From assembly GCA_963804995.1 (NCBI GenBank), contig CAWDSK010000003.1:896001-960000 (forward strand): 64,000 nucleotides of DNA. The letters run 5' to 3'. A model generated the notes under the pieces. The model saw only the letters and a list, made by a program, of their open reading frames with translations. It did no database searches and was not told the DNA's origin. Positions within the stretch are counted from its first letter, which is position 1. Every line of letters starts with the position of its first letter. Position numbers and translations under genes: made by a program. This DNA comes from an uncultured Acidobacteriota bacterium (GTDB lineage Bacteria > Acidobacteriota > Terriglobia > UBA7540). Positions 41,526 to 52,583 of this stretch are shown one piece after another.

Positions 41526-44500
41526 GTGAGTGGAAGTAGCCGTTTTGCCATCTGTTCCCTGGGCGCAGACCAGAGTACGAGTAAAAGACGCGCACGCATC
41601 TCCCGTTGGTTGCTGTTGATGGCAATTTTGCTGGGCGCGGCATTTGTTCAGAAAGATCGAGGCGCTTTCACTCCCCCCACCCAACCTCGTTCTAACGCCC
41701 AATGGGCGCGCCTGTACGCTGCGCTTCCGTTGAGCTTTGAGGCGAACCGGGGGCAGACGGACCCCAGCGTGAAGTTCCTCTCGCGGGGACGCCGCTCCAC
41801 GTTGTTCCTTACCGGGCAGGAAGCTGTGCTGACACTGCGGAATCAGCCGGCAGCAGCCCAAAGTCAGAAGTCACGTGTCAGTCCTCGGCCCCCAGCCACT
41901 CCTGACTCTGTTCTCCGTTTGCGCTTGCTCGGTGCAAACGCCGACGCCGCCGTGGAAGGAAGCGACGAATTACCCGGCAAAGCCAACTACTTCCTCGGCA
42001 ATGATCCCAGCAAGTGGCGCAGGAATGTTCCAACCTACGCCAAGGTCAGGTACCGGAACCTTTATCCCGGGGTCGATCTGGTTTATTACGGCAACCAAGG
42101 CGGGGAACTCGAGTATGACTTTGTGGTAGCCCCCGGCGCTGACCCAAACAGCATCGCACTGGAAGTCGGGGCGCACGGCCACTCCCCCCTCCGGATCGCC
42201 GAGAATGGCGATCTCCAGGTTCGCCTGGAGGGTGGCGAGGTTAGCCTGCACCGGCCGACCATTTACCAGCCGTCCTCCGGTAATCTTCAAATGATTGCGA
42301 AGGACGGACCACGGACACCGGTTGAGGGGCATTACATCCTCACTGCCGCAAACCAAGTTCGCTTTGCCCTAAGCGCCTATGACCACACCAAGCCGCTGGT
42401 CATTGACCCCGTTTTGGCTTACGCCACCTACGTGGGTGGCAGTGGAGGTGACATCGGGTACGCTATCGCCGTCGATTCCTCCTTCGACGCCTACGTGGCG
42501 GGCTTTACGGCCTCTTCGAATTTCCCGACCAGCAGCGGCGCGAATAAAAAGGCGTACGGAGGTAATGGCGATGCCTTCGTCCTGAAAATGAATTCCTCCG
42601 GGACTGCCTTGCTCTATTCCACCTATATCGGTGGCAGCGGTGCAGACAGCGCCACAGCCATTGCGGTCAGCGCCGGCAATGCCTTTATCACCGGCAGCAC
42701 CAACTCCACAGACTTCCCGATCGCCCCCAATACGTCGATCGCGAAGGCCTTCCAGACCACTTACGGAGGCGGCGCGACCAATGCCTTCGTCGTCCAACTC
42801 GATACCACTGGATCAAGCCTCGTCTACTCCTCCTATCTGGGCGGTAACGGTGCAGACGCAGGCCAGGGGATCGCGGTGGATTCCGCCGGCAATGCCTACA
42901 TCACCGGCTCGACGCAATCTTCAAACTTTCCCGTTCTCAATTTCTTCCAACAGTACAGCGGCGGCTCCACGGATGCTTTTGTTACCAAGGTGAATTTCAC
43001 CGGCGAGGCGATTCTTAATTCCACCTATTTGGGAGGTTCCCAAGCGGATGTCGCCCAAGCTATCCAGGTGGACACTTCCAGCCCACCCAATATTTACCTT
43101 GCTGGCTACACCTATTCGCCGAACTTCCCTACGGCCCCTGCCACTCCCCTCCAGGGAACGATCGGGGGCGGAGCGGATGCTTTCGTAGCCGAGCTCAAAG
43201 GTGATTTCTCAGCCCTTATTTTTTCGACTTTCTTGGGTGGCTCAAGCTATGACCAGGCTAATGGCATCGCCTTGGACAGTTCCGGCAACGTCTACGTTGC
43301 GGGCTATACGTCTTCGACTAATTTCCCCACTGTCCTCGGGTCATTCCAGACCGCGCTCGAAGGCTCCCAAAACGCTTTCATTTGCAAATTGAATCCCGCG
43401 GGGTCCTCCCTGCTCTACTCGACGTATCTTGGCGGTAGCGGGACCGATCAAGCGAACGCCATCGCCGTGATACCCAGCGGAGCCTCCGCTGGAGTTGCGT
43501 TCGTTACGGGCTACACGTTATCCAGTAACTTCCCCACACACAATCCAATTCAAAGCGTCCTGGGACTCAGTAATAACACCTTTTGCCAGGGGCTTCCCTG
43601 CGCCGACGCTTTCGTCACCCAGCTCAATGCCGCCGGAAATGCCTTGACCTACTCCACCTACCTGGGTGGCAATGGACCCGACTTCGGCCAATCCATCGCG
43701 GTAGATAGTACCGGCGACCCCTACATCACGGGCAGCACATCTTCCACTAATTTCCCGGCCGTTTCCCCGATCGTTCCGGGAACCAATACCGTTTCGGGAC
43801 CCCCTTATGTGCCCCCCTATAAGTCCACGCTGACCGGTGCGTCGGGCAACGCGTTTGTGGCCAAAATTGACGTCGCCAATACCCCCACGATCTCCATCAC
43901 TCCTGCCAGTTTGACCTTCGGCAACGAAACTTTAAGCGTCACCAGCGCCTTGCAGCAGATAACCATCGTCAACCCGAGTACCACGAACCTGGCGATTACC
44001 TCGATTCAAATTGCACCGATCGGCACGTACAACACCATCTTTACGGAGACGGACAACTGCGTGGGGACCATCCCCGCGGGCGGCGGCTACTGCACGATGA
44101 ACGTGGCCTTTACGCCCGCCTACGCCGGTGCGGTGACCGATCAAATTACCATTACTGACAATGCGGGCGGAACGGCTGGCACCCAGCAAACCATTCCCCT
44201 GAGCGGATCAGGGGTGACGGCCGCAACGGCAGTCACGGTCGCACCCACCAGCCTTTCCTTCTCCAACCAGAATGTGGGGACCGTCAGCCCACCCCAAAGC
44301 GTTACCATTACCAACACAGGTACGGCCACGTTGAACATCACCCAGATTTCAACCAGTAGCCCTGAATTCACGCAGACCAACACCTGCAGCGCCCTGCTCG
44401 ACACCCTGGCCGTCGGGCAAAGTTGCAGCGTCAGCGTGACTTTCTCGCCCATCGCCAGCGGCACACGCAGCGGAACTTTGACTATTGCGGATACCGCCGT

Positions 44501-45407
44501 AGGCAGCCCCCAAACCATCGCTCTTTCCGGAATAGCGCTCGCCGCTTTCTCGCTGACTACCCCCAGCTCATCCATCACGGTGAACCCTGTACTGATTGGC
44601 GCCACCCAGACAACCTTCCTCATCGAGGCGATAGGGTCCACGAGTTTCAACGGCTCCATCACCCTGGCCTGCTCCTCTGGCACCACGTGCGCCTTCAGCA
44701 ATAACCCCATCTTTATTGGCAAAACCAGTACGATGACCGTCAGCAACCTCACGACTTCGATGCCCAACCCCTACAACTTTTCAGTTACCGGGACCAGCGG
44801 TTCACAAAACACCTCGTTTCCAGTAAGTCTTTTGTTTCAAGATTTCACGCTTTCGGCCACCCCGGCGCTCGTCACGATTCAGGCAGGAGCGACTGCGGGT
44901 TACACGATCATCGCCAACCCCCTCAACTTGTTCAACAAGCAAATAACACTAACTTGTAGTACCGGACAGCCGCCCGCTTCCACCTGCGTCTTTTCGAATG
45001 TCTCCCCCACTCTGAACGGCACCAGCGCCACGAACATTTCCCTTTCTCTCCAAACTGTGAAATATGTTGCTCCAACCCATGCCCCGCCTGGCTACCCCTT
45101 CGGCAAACTTCCACCGATGATATTGGGGGTCCTGGGGCTCTTGGCGCTTGCCTCTCTGGCGTTGGGAGTCCGGCGACGCGCCCACGGCGGCCGGCTTGGA
45201 ATGACCTGGCTGGGTGTACGACTGGCCATAATCAGCCTCATTATGGTGCTTGATTTAGCGCTGGGAAGCTGTCGTCCGAACACCCTGCTGCAGTCCGGCA
45301 CAACCACGGGCGGCTACACGATTACCATCAGCGGCACGTTGGTTGCGAATACCGCGGTGGTGCGGACAACGAGGCTGAATCTGGAAGTGACTTCTTCCAT
45401 ACCTTAA
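41526..45407 (+). CDS. Large SBBP/Ig-like surface protein, paralog 3
   Basis: LPLSFEANRGQ; YSTYLGG repeats; ASH-like domains; TM-hairpin ending LALGSC; GAGGAGG RBS. Confidence 0.9.
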   Translation: MSGSSRFAICSLGADQSTSKRRARISRWLLLMAILLGAAFVQKDRGAFTPPTQPRSNAQWARLYAALPLSFEANRGQTDPSVKFLSRGRRSTLFLTGQEAVLTLRNQPAAAQSQKSRVSPRPPATPDSVLRLRLLGANADAAVEGSDELPGKANYFLGNDPSKWRRNVPTYAKVRYRNLYPGVDLVYYGNQGGELEYDFVVAPGADPNSIALEVGAHGHSPLRIAENGDLQVRLEGGEVSLHRPTIYQPSSGNLQMIAKDGPRTPVEGHYILTAANQVRFALSAYDHTKPLVIDPVLAYATYVGGSGGDIGYAIAVDSSFDAYVAGFTASSNFPTSSGANKKAYGGNGDAFVLKMNSSGTALLYSTYIGGSGADSATAIAVSAGNAFITGSTNSTDFPIAPNTSIAKAFQTTYGGGATNAFVVQLDTTGSSLVYSSYLGGNGADAGQGIAVDSAGNAYITGSTQSSNFPVLNFFQQYSGGSTDAFVTKVNFTGEAILNSTYLGGSQADVAQAIQVDTSSPPNIYLAGYTYSPNFPTAPATPLQGTIGGGADAFVAELKGDFSALIFSTFLGGSSYDQANGIALDSSGNVYVAGYTSSTNFPTVLGSFQTALEGSQNAFICKLNPAGSSLLYSTYLGGSGTDQANAIAVIPSGASAGVAFVTGYTLSSNFPTHNPIQSVLGLSNNTFCQGLPCADAFVTQLNAAGNALTYSTYLGGNGPDFGQSIAVDSTGDPYITGSTSSTNFPAVSPIVPGTNTVSGPPYVPPYKSTLTGASGNAFVAKIDVANTPTISITPASLTFGNETLSVTSALQQITIVNPSTTNLAITSIQIAPIGTYNTIFTETDNCVGTIPAGGGYCTMNVAFTPAYAGAVTDQITITDNAGGTAGTQQTIPLSGSGVTAATAVTVAPTSLSFSNQNVGTVSPPQSVTITNTGTATLNITQISTSSPEFTQTNTCSALLDTLAVGQSCSVSVTFSPIASGTRSGTLTIADTAVGSPQTIALSGIALAAFSLTTPSSSITVNPVLIGATQTTFLIEAIGSTSFNGSITLACSSGTTCAFSNNPIFIGKTSTMTVSNLTTSMPNPYNFSVTGTSGSQNTSFPVSLLFQDFTLSATPALVTIQAGATAGYTIIANPLNLFNKQITLTCSTGQPPASTCVFSNVSPTLNGTSATNISLSLQTVKYVAPTHAPPGYPFGKLPPMILGVLGLLALASLALGVRRRAHGGRLGMTWLGVRLAIISLIMVLDLALGSCRPNTLLQSGTTTGGYTITISGTLVANTAVVRTTRLNLEVTSSIP

Positions 45408-45477
45408 ACCCTAGAAGCTTTGCTCGGCGCTGCGCCCCGGACTACTCGTCCGGGGCGCGCTGCCACCGTCGGGAAAA

Positions 45478-46057
45478 GACCCCTCACCCGACCTCGTCCC
45501 TCGGCCACCCTCTCCCCAAGGGAGAGGGAAAGGCTTTCACCGCGCGGTAGCGCCGCCAGAGAAACCCCCGCCCTCTCCCCGGGGAGAGGGTGGACCGCCG
45601 CCGGCGTTTTCATCAGCCGGGGCGGGACGGGTGAGGGGTCTTTTCCCGGCCAACGAACCGTTACTCCAGAAGATGTCAAACTCTTACTGCCTCCCCGGCA
45701 GAGCCGGGGGACCTCCCGACGAATCAGGCAGTGCCCTCCTCTAACCACCCTGATCAACGCTTGATTGTTTTCCCGACCCCGTGGGTAAGTGTTATTGGCA
45801 TCCCGCGAATGTGATAATATTCGTTCTCGCCGTAAGTATTCTGAGGCAGCATCCTGGAGTGAAGACCTGGGTCACTTTGGAAGCTAGCGTGGTGTCCCGT
45901 GTTAGAGTTGACAATGGGTAGAACCCCCTCACCCGTCTGGCCTCGGCTGATGAGAACGCCTCGGCCAGCCACCCTCTCCCCCAAAGGGGCGAGGGCAAGA
46001 GAATTAACTCTCCCCTCGGTCGCCGCGGCGACAGAGGGGCTGGGGGGTGAGGGGGTC
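45478..46057. repeat. Cluster of CCCCTCACCC/GGGTGAGGGG palindromic repeats (4 copies, inverted pairs)
   Basis: 45478-45530, 45570-45640, 45922-45995, 46007-46057. Confidence 0.8.
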
Positions 46058-46214
46058 GGACAGCCTTGTCAAATATTAACCGGGACACCACACTAGCAAT
46101 ATTGATGTAATACGGTAATCTCCGCACGGGGTACCATCACGGATGGGATGCGTGATGTTACCTTTTCGTGGCCGCTTCAAGTTACACCCACTTCACATCC
46201 CCGAGAGGATGACT

Positions 46215-47564
46215 ATGAGAAAACAAACGACACGACGGCAATTCCTGGAGGCTGCGGTGGCGGGCACCGTGGCGTTCAGCGGATCAACCGCGGCAAAATC
46301 ATCTCCGACGGTGCAGTCAAAGCCCACCGATAAGCTCGCGGCGCTGGGGGGTGAACCCGTTCGCCGCAAACCTTTCCCTTCCTGGCCTGTGGTCCAGCAA
46401 AACGACGAGACGCAATGGAAGCAAGTCCTGGACTCAAAGAAGTGGTGCCGGCTGGAGGGCAGCTACGCGAAGAAGTTCGAGGAAACCTGGGCCAAGATGC
46501 TGGGAGCCCGCTACTGCCTGGCCACCATGAATGGCACGAACGCCCTATGGACTTCGCTCAACGCCCTGGGGATCGGGCCTGGTGACGAAGTCATTGTGCC
46601 GCCCTACACGTTCGTGGCGACCGTGGACGTCGTTCTCAACCAGTTTGCGCTTCCGATCTTTGTCGATACCGATCCCGAAACCTTTCAGATCGATGCCCGC
46701 AAGATTGAAGCGGCCATTACTCCCCGCACGAAATGTTTGCTCCCCGTACACCTGGGAGGGGCCCCGGCAGACATGGATAAGATTTTATCGATCGCCCGCG
46801 ACCACAAGATACCCGTCGTGGAGGATGCCTGCCAGTCACACTTGGCCGAATGGCGGCAGCAGAAAGTCAGCACCCTCGGCGACTTGGGTTGTTTCAGCTT
46901 TCAAGCGTCGAAAAATCTGAATTCCGGGGAGGGCGGCGCAATCCTCTCGAACAACGCGGATCTCATCGAGGTCTGTGACAGTTTTCATAACGCCGGCCGG
47001 GGCACGGAACGCAAGGCATTCGGCTACGTTCGCAAGGCCACCAACGCTCGCATGACCGAATTCCAGGCGGCCCTCCTGCTCACGCAACTCGCGCGTCTGG
47101 AGGAGCAGTCTCGCCTCCGGACACAAAACGCGGTGCACCTCACCAAGCTGCTCGCGGAAATTCCTGGCATTACTCCTGCCCGGACCTACGAGGGATGCAC
47201 GCGGAACGCTTACCACCTCTATATGCTGCGCTATAACCCGGCCCACTTTTCCGGATTGCCAAGGTCGGGCTTCCTGAAAGCTCTGGAGGCCGAGGGCATT
47301 CCTGGCTCGGGTGGATACACGCCGCTGAACAAGGAACCCTTTCTCAAGAACACGCTGCACTCACGGTCCTTCCAAGCCACCTATTCACCGGCGGACATCG
47401 CGGCATACGAAGAGCGCAACCACTGTCCCGCGAACGATCAACTCTGTGAAGAAGCTGTCTGGTTTGAGCAGACCCAGCTTTTGGGCTCGAAAGAGGATAT
47501 GGAGCAGATTGCTGAGGCCATTCGGAAGATTCAGAAACACGCTTCCGCCTTACTCAGTTCGTAG
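46215..47564 (+). CDS. DegT/DnrJ/EryC1/StrS PLP aminotransferase with Tat signal, paralog 2
   Basis: [41 protein letters not shown]. Confidence 0.9.
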   Translation: MRKQTTRRQFLEAAVAGTVAFSGSTAAKSSPTVQSKPTDKLAALGGEPVRRKPFPSWPVVQQNDETQWKQVLDSKKWCRLEGSYAKKFEETWAKMLGARYCLATMNGTNALWTSLNALGIGPGDEVIVPPYTFVATVDVVLNQFALPIFVDTDPETFQIDARKIEAAITPRTKCLLPVHLGGAPADMDKILSIARDHKIPVVEDACQSHLAEWRQQKVSTLGDLGCFSFQASKNLNSGEGGAILSNNADLIEVCDSFHNAGRGTERKAFGYVRKATNARMTEFQAALLLTQLARLEEQSRLRTQNAVHLTKLLAEIPGITPARTYEGCTRNAYHLYMLRYNPAHFSGLPRSGFLKALEAEGIPGSGGYTPLNKEPFLKNTLHSRSFQATYSPADIAAYEERNHCPANDQLCEEAVWFEQTQLLGSKEDMEQIAEAIRKIQKHASALLSS

Positions 47565-47732
47565 TGCCTTAACAAGAAGGGCCGCAAAGCGGCCGTTCAA
47601 ATCAACCTGAAGAGATACGGCGCGTTGTTACAGGATTCTTGTGAGGGGCTGATTTCGGAATCCCGCGGCAGCGCGCTCTCCAGGTTTCGCCTTGTCGGAC
47701 AACTGGACCTATGTTTTTGACCCTCATCCCCC

Positions 47733-47759
47733 TTGACAAATCTAGATTCGTTGTATAAT
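47733..47759 (+). promoter_or_regulatory. Sigma70-like promoter
   Basis: Exact TTGACA (47733) and TATAAT (47754), but spacer only 15 bp. Confidence 0.5.
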
Positions 47760-47830
47760 AGTCAGATGGTAAACGGAGCTTCTCCATCCCATGGGCTCGA
47801 CGAATTTCAGATGGCGAACGGGTTTGTGAA

Positions 47831-48093
47831 GATGTTATACAAAACAAAGCATGTTAATCGCCGAGGGCCGAGAATTCCTGCTCCCTGCCAAAAAGCTATG
47901 TATTTTAAAAACAAAGACTTATATAATTCTCGCAGGGGCCGGGATGGTGAAATAATTTCAATCAGGATAGTCTAGCGATGTGTATGAAAACAAAGGAAAA
48001 TAAAAGCGACAATTTGGCAAGTCTGACGATGTTGATGAAAATAAGGAAGTTATGGTTGTTTTGTGACGATGTTTATGATAATAAAGGGAGTTA
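47831..48093 (+). repeat. Array of 5 degenerate AT-rich motifs, same family as 26650-27029
   Basis: ATGT cores at 47832, 47898, 47978, 48029, 48069, e.g. gatgttgatgaaaataaggaagtta. Confidence 0.8.
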
Positions 48094-48393
48094 GCTTAAT
48101 TTTTAGGTCATATTTCAAGCATCAACTCCTCGCCCGGCTTCATCATGAAGGGCGTTACACTCATGCCATCGGGGTAGTCATCTTCCAGGACTTCGATGCT
48201 CGGCGTGCCGGACCAGACGTGTCAAGGGAATGGAACCTTTCTCCCACCCCTCAGAGCCTCCTGCACCTCTTCCCCGCCAGATCTCTTTTATGAACTGCCA
48301 AGATTGTGATAGCTTCTATCCCGCCCCAGCGCGAGGACTACACGCTTTCAGCCCTGCGACGGGGCACCCAAACATTTCCTTAGGAGGCCCTCC

Positions 48394-48891
48394 ATGCGTA
48401 ACAAGAAATCTACTCGTCGTTCCTTTCTCGAAGGCTCGCTCGCCGGCACGGTCACGATCGGGACCGCCGCTCTGGCCCTGCCCGCCACGGCTGCAGGCAA
48501 ATCAGGGGTCCAGAAGAAGATCATCACTCGGCCCGGTGAGCCCTTAACGCCAGCCTCTATGTTCAGCCCTGCGACCCAACTGGGCAACTTGCTGTTCCTT
48601 TCCGGTTCCGGTGCACACGATCCCAGCACCCACAAGGTGGTTCCCGGCCCGATCGGAAATCAAGTGAAACAATGCCTGGAAAACTTGAAGACGGTCTTGG
48701 AAGCCGCGGGCTCCTCGATGGACAAGGTACTGAAGTGTACAGTGTTCCTCACGGACATCACCAATTTCCAAGCCATGAACGAGGTCTACCACTCCTATTT
48801 TCCTGCGAACCCGCCCTGCCGGACAACCATCGCGGCAAAAGATTTGCCCGGTGAGTCTCCGGTTGAAATCGAGTGTATCGCTTACGTCTAA
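48394..48891 (+). CDS. RidA/YjgF family protein with Tat signal
   Basis: TRRSFL; VLKCTVFL..FQAMNEVY..F; PCRTT; VEIECIA. Confidence 0.88.
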   Translation: MRNKKSTRRSFLEGSLAGTVTIGTAALALPATAAGKSGVQKKIITRPGEPLTPASMFSPATQLGNLLFLSGSGAHDPSTHKVVPGPIGNQVKQCLENLKTVLEAAGSSMDKVLKCTVFLTDITNFQAMNEVYHSYFPANPPCRTTIAAKDLPGESPVEIECIAYV

Positions 48892-48962
48892 CCGAGGGAG
48901 TTGGCCATGAAAAGTGGAAGGGGCTTGCCCGCTATCTGAAAGCCTGACGCACCGAGCCGCGT

Positions 48963-50279
48963 ATGCCCTCGCTCGCCAGAAAACTTCGCGCCGTTGATTA
49001 CTTCACTCTCGCCTTCGGCACCATCGTCGGAGTGGGGTGGCTGGTCGTTATGGACGACTGGCTCGAGCGCGGCGGGCCACTGGGAGCGATGCTGGCCTTC
49101 GCGGTTGGTAGCCTGGCGCTCGCACCCATCGGATACGCATACGGCCAGCTTGTGATGGCCATTCCGGACGCCGCAAGCGAAGTCGCCTACACACAGAAAG
49201 TCTTTCCGCCTTGGGTCAGCTTTGCCACGGGTTGGATGATGACCCTGGTCTATCTGATCGTCTGCCCATGGGAAGCCGTCGCCATCGGCAAAATCGCCGC
49301 CTACCTTTTTCCCGGCCTGAATTCGTTCGCTGTATACCACGTCGCTGGCCAGCCGGTCTTTTTACCACGCCTCATCCTAGGCTTGGCGCTCGTTGCCCTC
49401 GTCACCTGGCTCAACTATCAGGGCATTCGTCTGAGCGCGAATTTTCAGAACTGGATGACGTTTACTTTGTTAAGTCTGTTCGTTCTCTTCGGCGCTTTTT
49501 GCATTCAGCGTGGCTCTGCGCACAACTTCTTTCCACTTTTCAGTCACGGCCGCATTGTTTCAATACTGCTCATGTTGCAGGTCGTGCCTTACTTCATGAC
49601 CGGATTTGAGGCCGTTCCCAAATGTGCCGAGGAAGCCAGCCCGGAGTTTCGTGCCCGGGGATTTTTTCGCGCCATCCTCCTCTCCCTCGCGACGGGTGCG
49701 CTGTTCTACGTCGCGGTCATCGCCATGGTCACGTTCGTCGCACCCTGGCAGTCTCTCATCCATGCAACTTTCGCCACTGCCGTGGCGTTTGAGCGCGCTT
49801 TCCACTCACGCGTCATCATCAACCTGCTCTTCGCCGCCGCCTTGGCTTCCCTTCTAAAGGCCTGTAACGGGAACTTTCTTGCTGCCAGCCGCCTGCTTTT
49901 CGGCTTGGGACGCGAGGGGTTTGTGAACCCCCGCCTGGGGCAGGTTCATCCTATCAAACGCACACCCTCGAATGCCGTGTTCTGCGCGGGAGCCTTCGGC
50001 GTGGTGGGAGCGCTTCTGGGCGAATCGATCCTTGTTCCTATCACCGAGGTCGGGTCACTGGCGTGCGCAGTCGGATGGCTCGCGACATGCGCCTCCTATC
50101 TGTGTCTGGAGAAAAGGTGGACAAGGCGGTCAATCGCTCTTGTAGGCCTGACCGTTTGCGCCGCCCTGATCCTGATGAAATTCCTTCCCTCGATCCCCGG
50201 GCACTTCACGACCTACGAATACTTGGCCTTGGCCGCATGGATAACGATCGGGCTCGCGGCCAAACGTCGTGGGCGCTAA
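48963..50279 (+). CDS. APC family amino acid permease
   Basis: GTIVGVG, GFEAV..AEE, ASRLLF; multiple TM helices. Confidence 0.88.
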   Translation: MPSLARKLRAVDYFTLAFGTIVGVGWLVVMDDWLERGGPLGAMLAFAVGSLALAPIGYAYGQLVMAIPDAASEVAYTQKVFPPWVSFATGWMMTLVYLIVCPWEAVAIGKIAAYLFPGLNSFAVYHVAGQPVFLPRLILGLALVALVTWLNYQGIRLSANFQNWMTFTLLSLFVLFGAFCIQRGSAHNFFPLFSHGRIVSILLMLQVVPYFMTGFEAVPKCAEEASPEFRARGFFRAILLSLATGALFYVAVIAMVTFVAPWQSLIHATFATAVAFERAFHSRVIINLLFAAALASLLKACNGNFLAASRLLFGLGREGFVNPRLGQVHPIKRTPSNAVFCAGAFGVVGALLGESILVPITEVGSLACAVGWLATCASYLCLEKRWTRRSIALVGLTVCAALILMKFLPSIPGHFTTYEYLALAAWITIGLAAKRRGR

Positions 50280-50305
50280 CTTAAGGGATTCGAGGTCAGC
50301 TAGTT

Positions 50306-52583
50306 TTATTGGTAGTGATGGGCGGCGACAAGCGCTTGGCCTAAACTGATGCCGCCGTCGCCGCAGGGGACTTCGGAGTGGGTGAATACCTGGAAGCCAC
50401 TTGCCTCCAGGTGCTTGCTTGTGTGCTCCAGCAGAAAACTGTTTTGGAAGGACCCGCCACTCAGGCAAACCTGATTGATCCCGTTGCGCCCATGAATCAT
50501 CTTCGCCGTACGTACCAAGGCGTCCACAAGACCCAGGTGAAATCGCCGGCTGATGACACCGCGGGACACTCCCTCCCGAAGATCCCGCACCAGAGCCACG
50601 AACATTGGGTGCGTATCGATTATCCAACCGTCCCTCTCCCCGCGAATCGAGAAGATGTAGCTGGAGTCTTCATCTCCCTCTTCCAAGGCGGCTTCGAGCT
50701 CGATGGCCGCCTGCGCTTCGTAGTTGACCTGCTCGCGAATCCCCGTCAAAGCCGCAACCGCATCAAACAGCCTGCCAGTGCTCGAGGGTCAGAGGGGAAT
50801 TGATTCCGCGCTCCATCAGCCGCAGCAGAGTCTCGGAACGGCGGCGGTCGAGGTCGCGTGTGAAGGGAATATCGAGTTCCCAGAGATCCCGGCCAAAATG
50901 GTGGAACAAGTAGGCGAGTGCCATCCGCCGAGGCTCCAGGATGGCGGCAGAGCCCCCCGGCATCGGGATGTAATCAAGGTGCGCGAGTCGGTCAAAACCA
51001 TGATAATCCGCAACTAGAACTTCCCCGCCCCAGATGTTTCCATCCAGTCCGTAGCCCGTACCGTCCAACGCGAAACCGATGACCGATTCCTCCAGGTGAT
51101 TCTCCGCCATGCAGCTTGCAATGTGCGCATGGTGGTGCTGAACCCCCACGCGCTCGATGCTCTGCTGTGCCAATGCCCAGCGCGTCGAAAAATAGTCGGG
51201 ATGGAGATCATAAGCAAGTAACCCGGGCTCAACCTCCAGGATGCTCTGGAGGCCCGCGACCGTCGATTCGAAAAACTTGTAGCTTTCCAAGTTCTCCAGA
51301 TCACCGATGTGCTGGCTCAGAAAAGCCTCGCGGCCGCGGGTCAGGCAGATGGTATTCTTCAGTTCCCCACCCAATGCCAGCACCGGCCGCAGTTCATCCT
51401 TCAAGAATACCGGTGCGGGAACATAGCCGCGAGAGCGGCGGATCTGCCGTGGCCTCTGCCCTTCAACGCGCAGCACCGAATCGTCGCAGCGCAGAAGAAT
51501 TTCACGATTGTGGACGAGGAAGTAATCGGCGATGCCACGCAATCGCTCAACGGCTTCCGCGTTATCGATGGCGATAGGTTCTTCCGAGATATTTCCGCTC
51601 GTCATCACCAGCGCGTCGAAGCGCTTCTCAGCAAACAGCAGGTGGTGCAGGGGTGTGTAAGGCAGGAAGACTCCCAGGTCGCGGTTGAACGGCGCGACGG
51701 AAGCGGCCAGGCGTTGTGGCTGCTTCTTCGGCAAAAGCACAATGGGGTGCGCAGGAGTCTTGAGAAGTCTTCGCGAGACATCATCCAAACGGCAGAACTC
51801 CTCGAGGCACGCGAGGGTCGGCGCCATGATCGCAAAGGGCTTTTCCACCCGCCGCTTTCTTCCCCGCAAGCGTGCGACGGCGGCCTCGTTCAGGGCATCC
51901 ACAGCAAGGTGAAATCCGCCCAGGCCTTTAACCGCTACGATTTCACCCGCAGCCAGGAGTTCGACCGCTTTCGCGACGGGATCGGAGCCATAGAGTTGCC
52001 GCCCTTCGCCATCCCATAGTTCCACGTGCGGGCCACAGTTCCAACAAGCGTTGGGTTGGGCATGAAAGCGGCGGTTTAAGGGATCTTCGTATTCGCGTTG
52101 GCAGTCCGGACACATGGGAAAGACTGCCATCGAGGTGTTGGCACGGTCGTAAGGGATGTCGCGCACGATCGTGTAACGTGGGCCGCAATTGGTACAATTG
52201 ATGAAGGGGTAGCGGAATCGCCGGTCGGCCGGATTCAAGAGCTCACGCTGGCAGTCGTCACAAATCGCCACGTCGGGAGAGATCAAGACTCGGCGCTCTT
52301 CACCGGCGCGACTCGGCAGAATGAGAAATGCCTGGTCGTGGTTGGAGGGACGATCGGTAACCGAAAGATTGGTAATGCGCGCGAGCCGAGGAACTTCCTT
52401 CGGCAGTCTCGAAAGAAAAGCTTCGATAGCCTCAGCAGTACCTTCCACTTCGATGGAAACCCCGGCTTCCGTGTTGGTAATAAAACCTGCGAGATTATTT
52501 TCGCATGCAAGCCGGTAGATGTAAGGGCGAAAACCCACGCCCTGGACGATACCCGCAATTTCGATGGCTTTGCGCACGCTCAT
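50306..52583 (-). CDS. hypF: Carbamoyltransferase HypF, +1 frameshift at ~50787
   Basis: GIVQGVGFRP, CTNCGPRY, KGLGGFHL, QHHHAH, DGTGYG; removing one C gives LTSSTGRLFDAV and joins ..DGGISLGQ. Confidence 0.92.
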
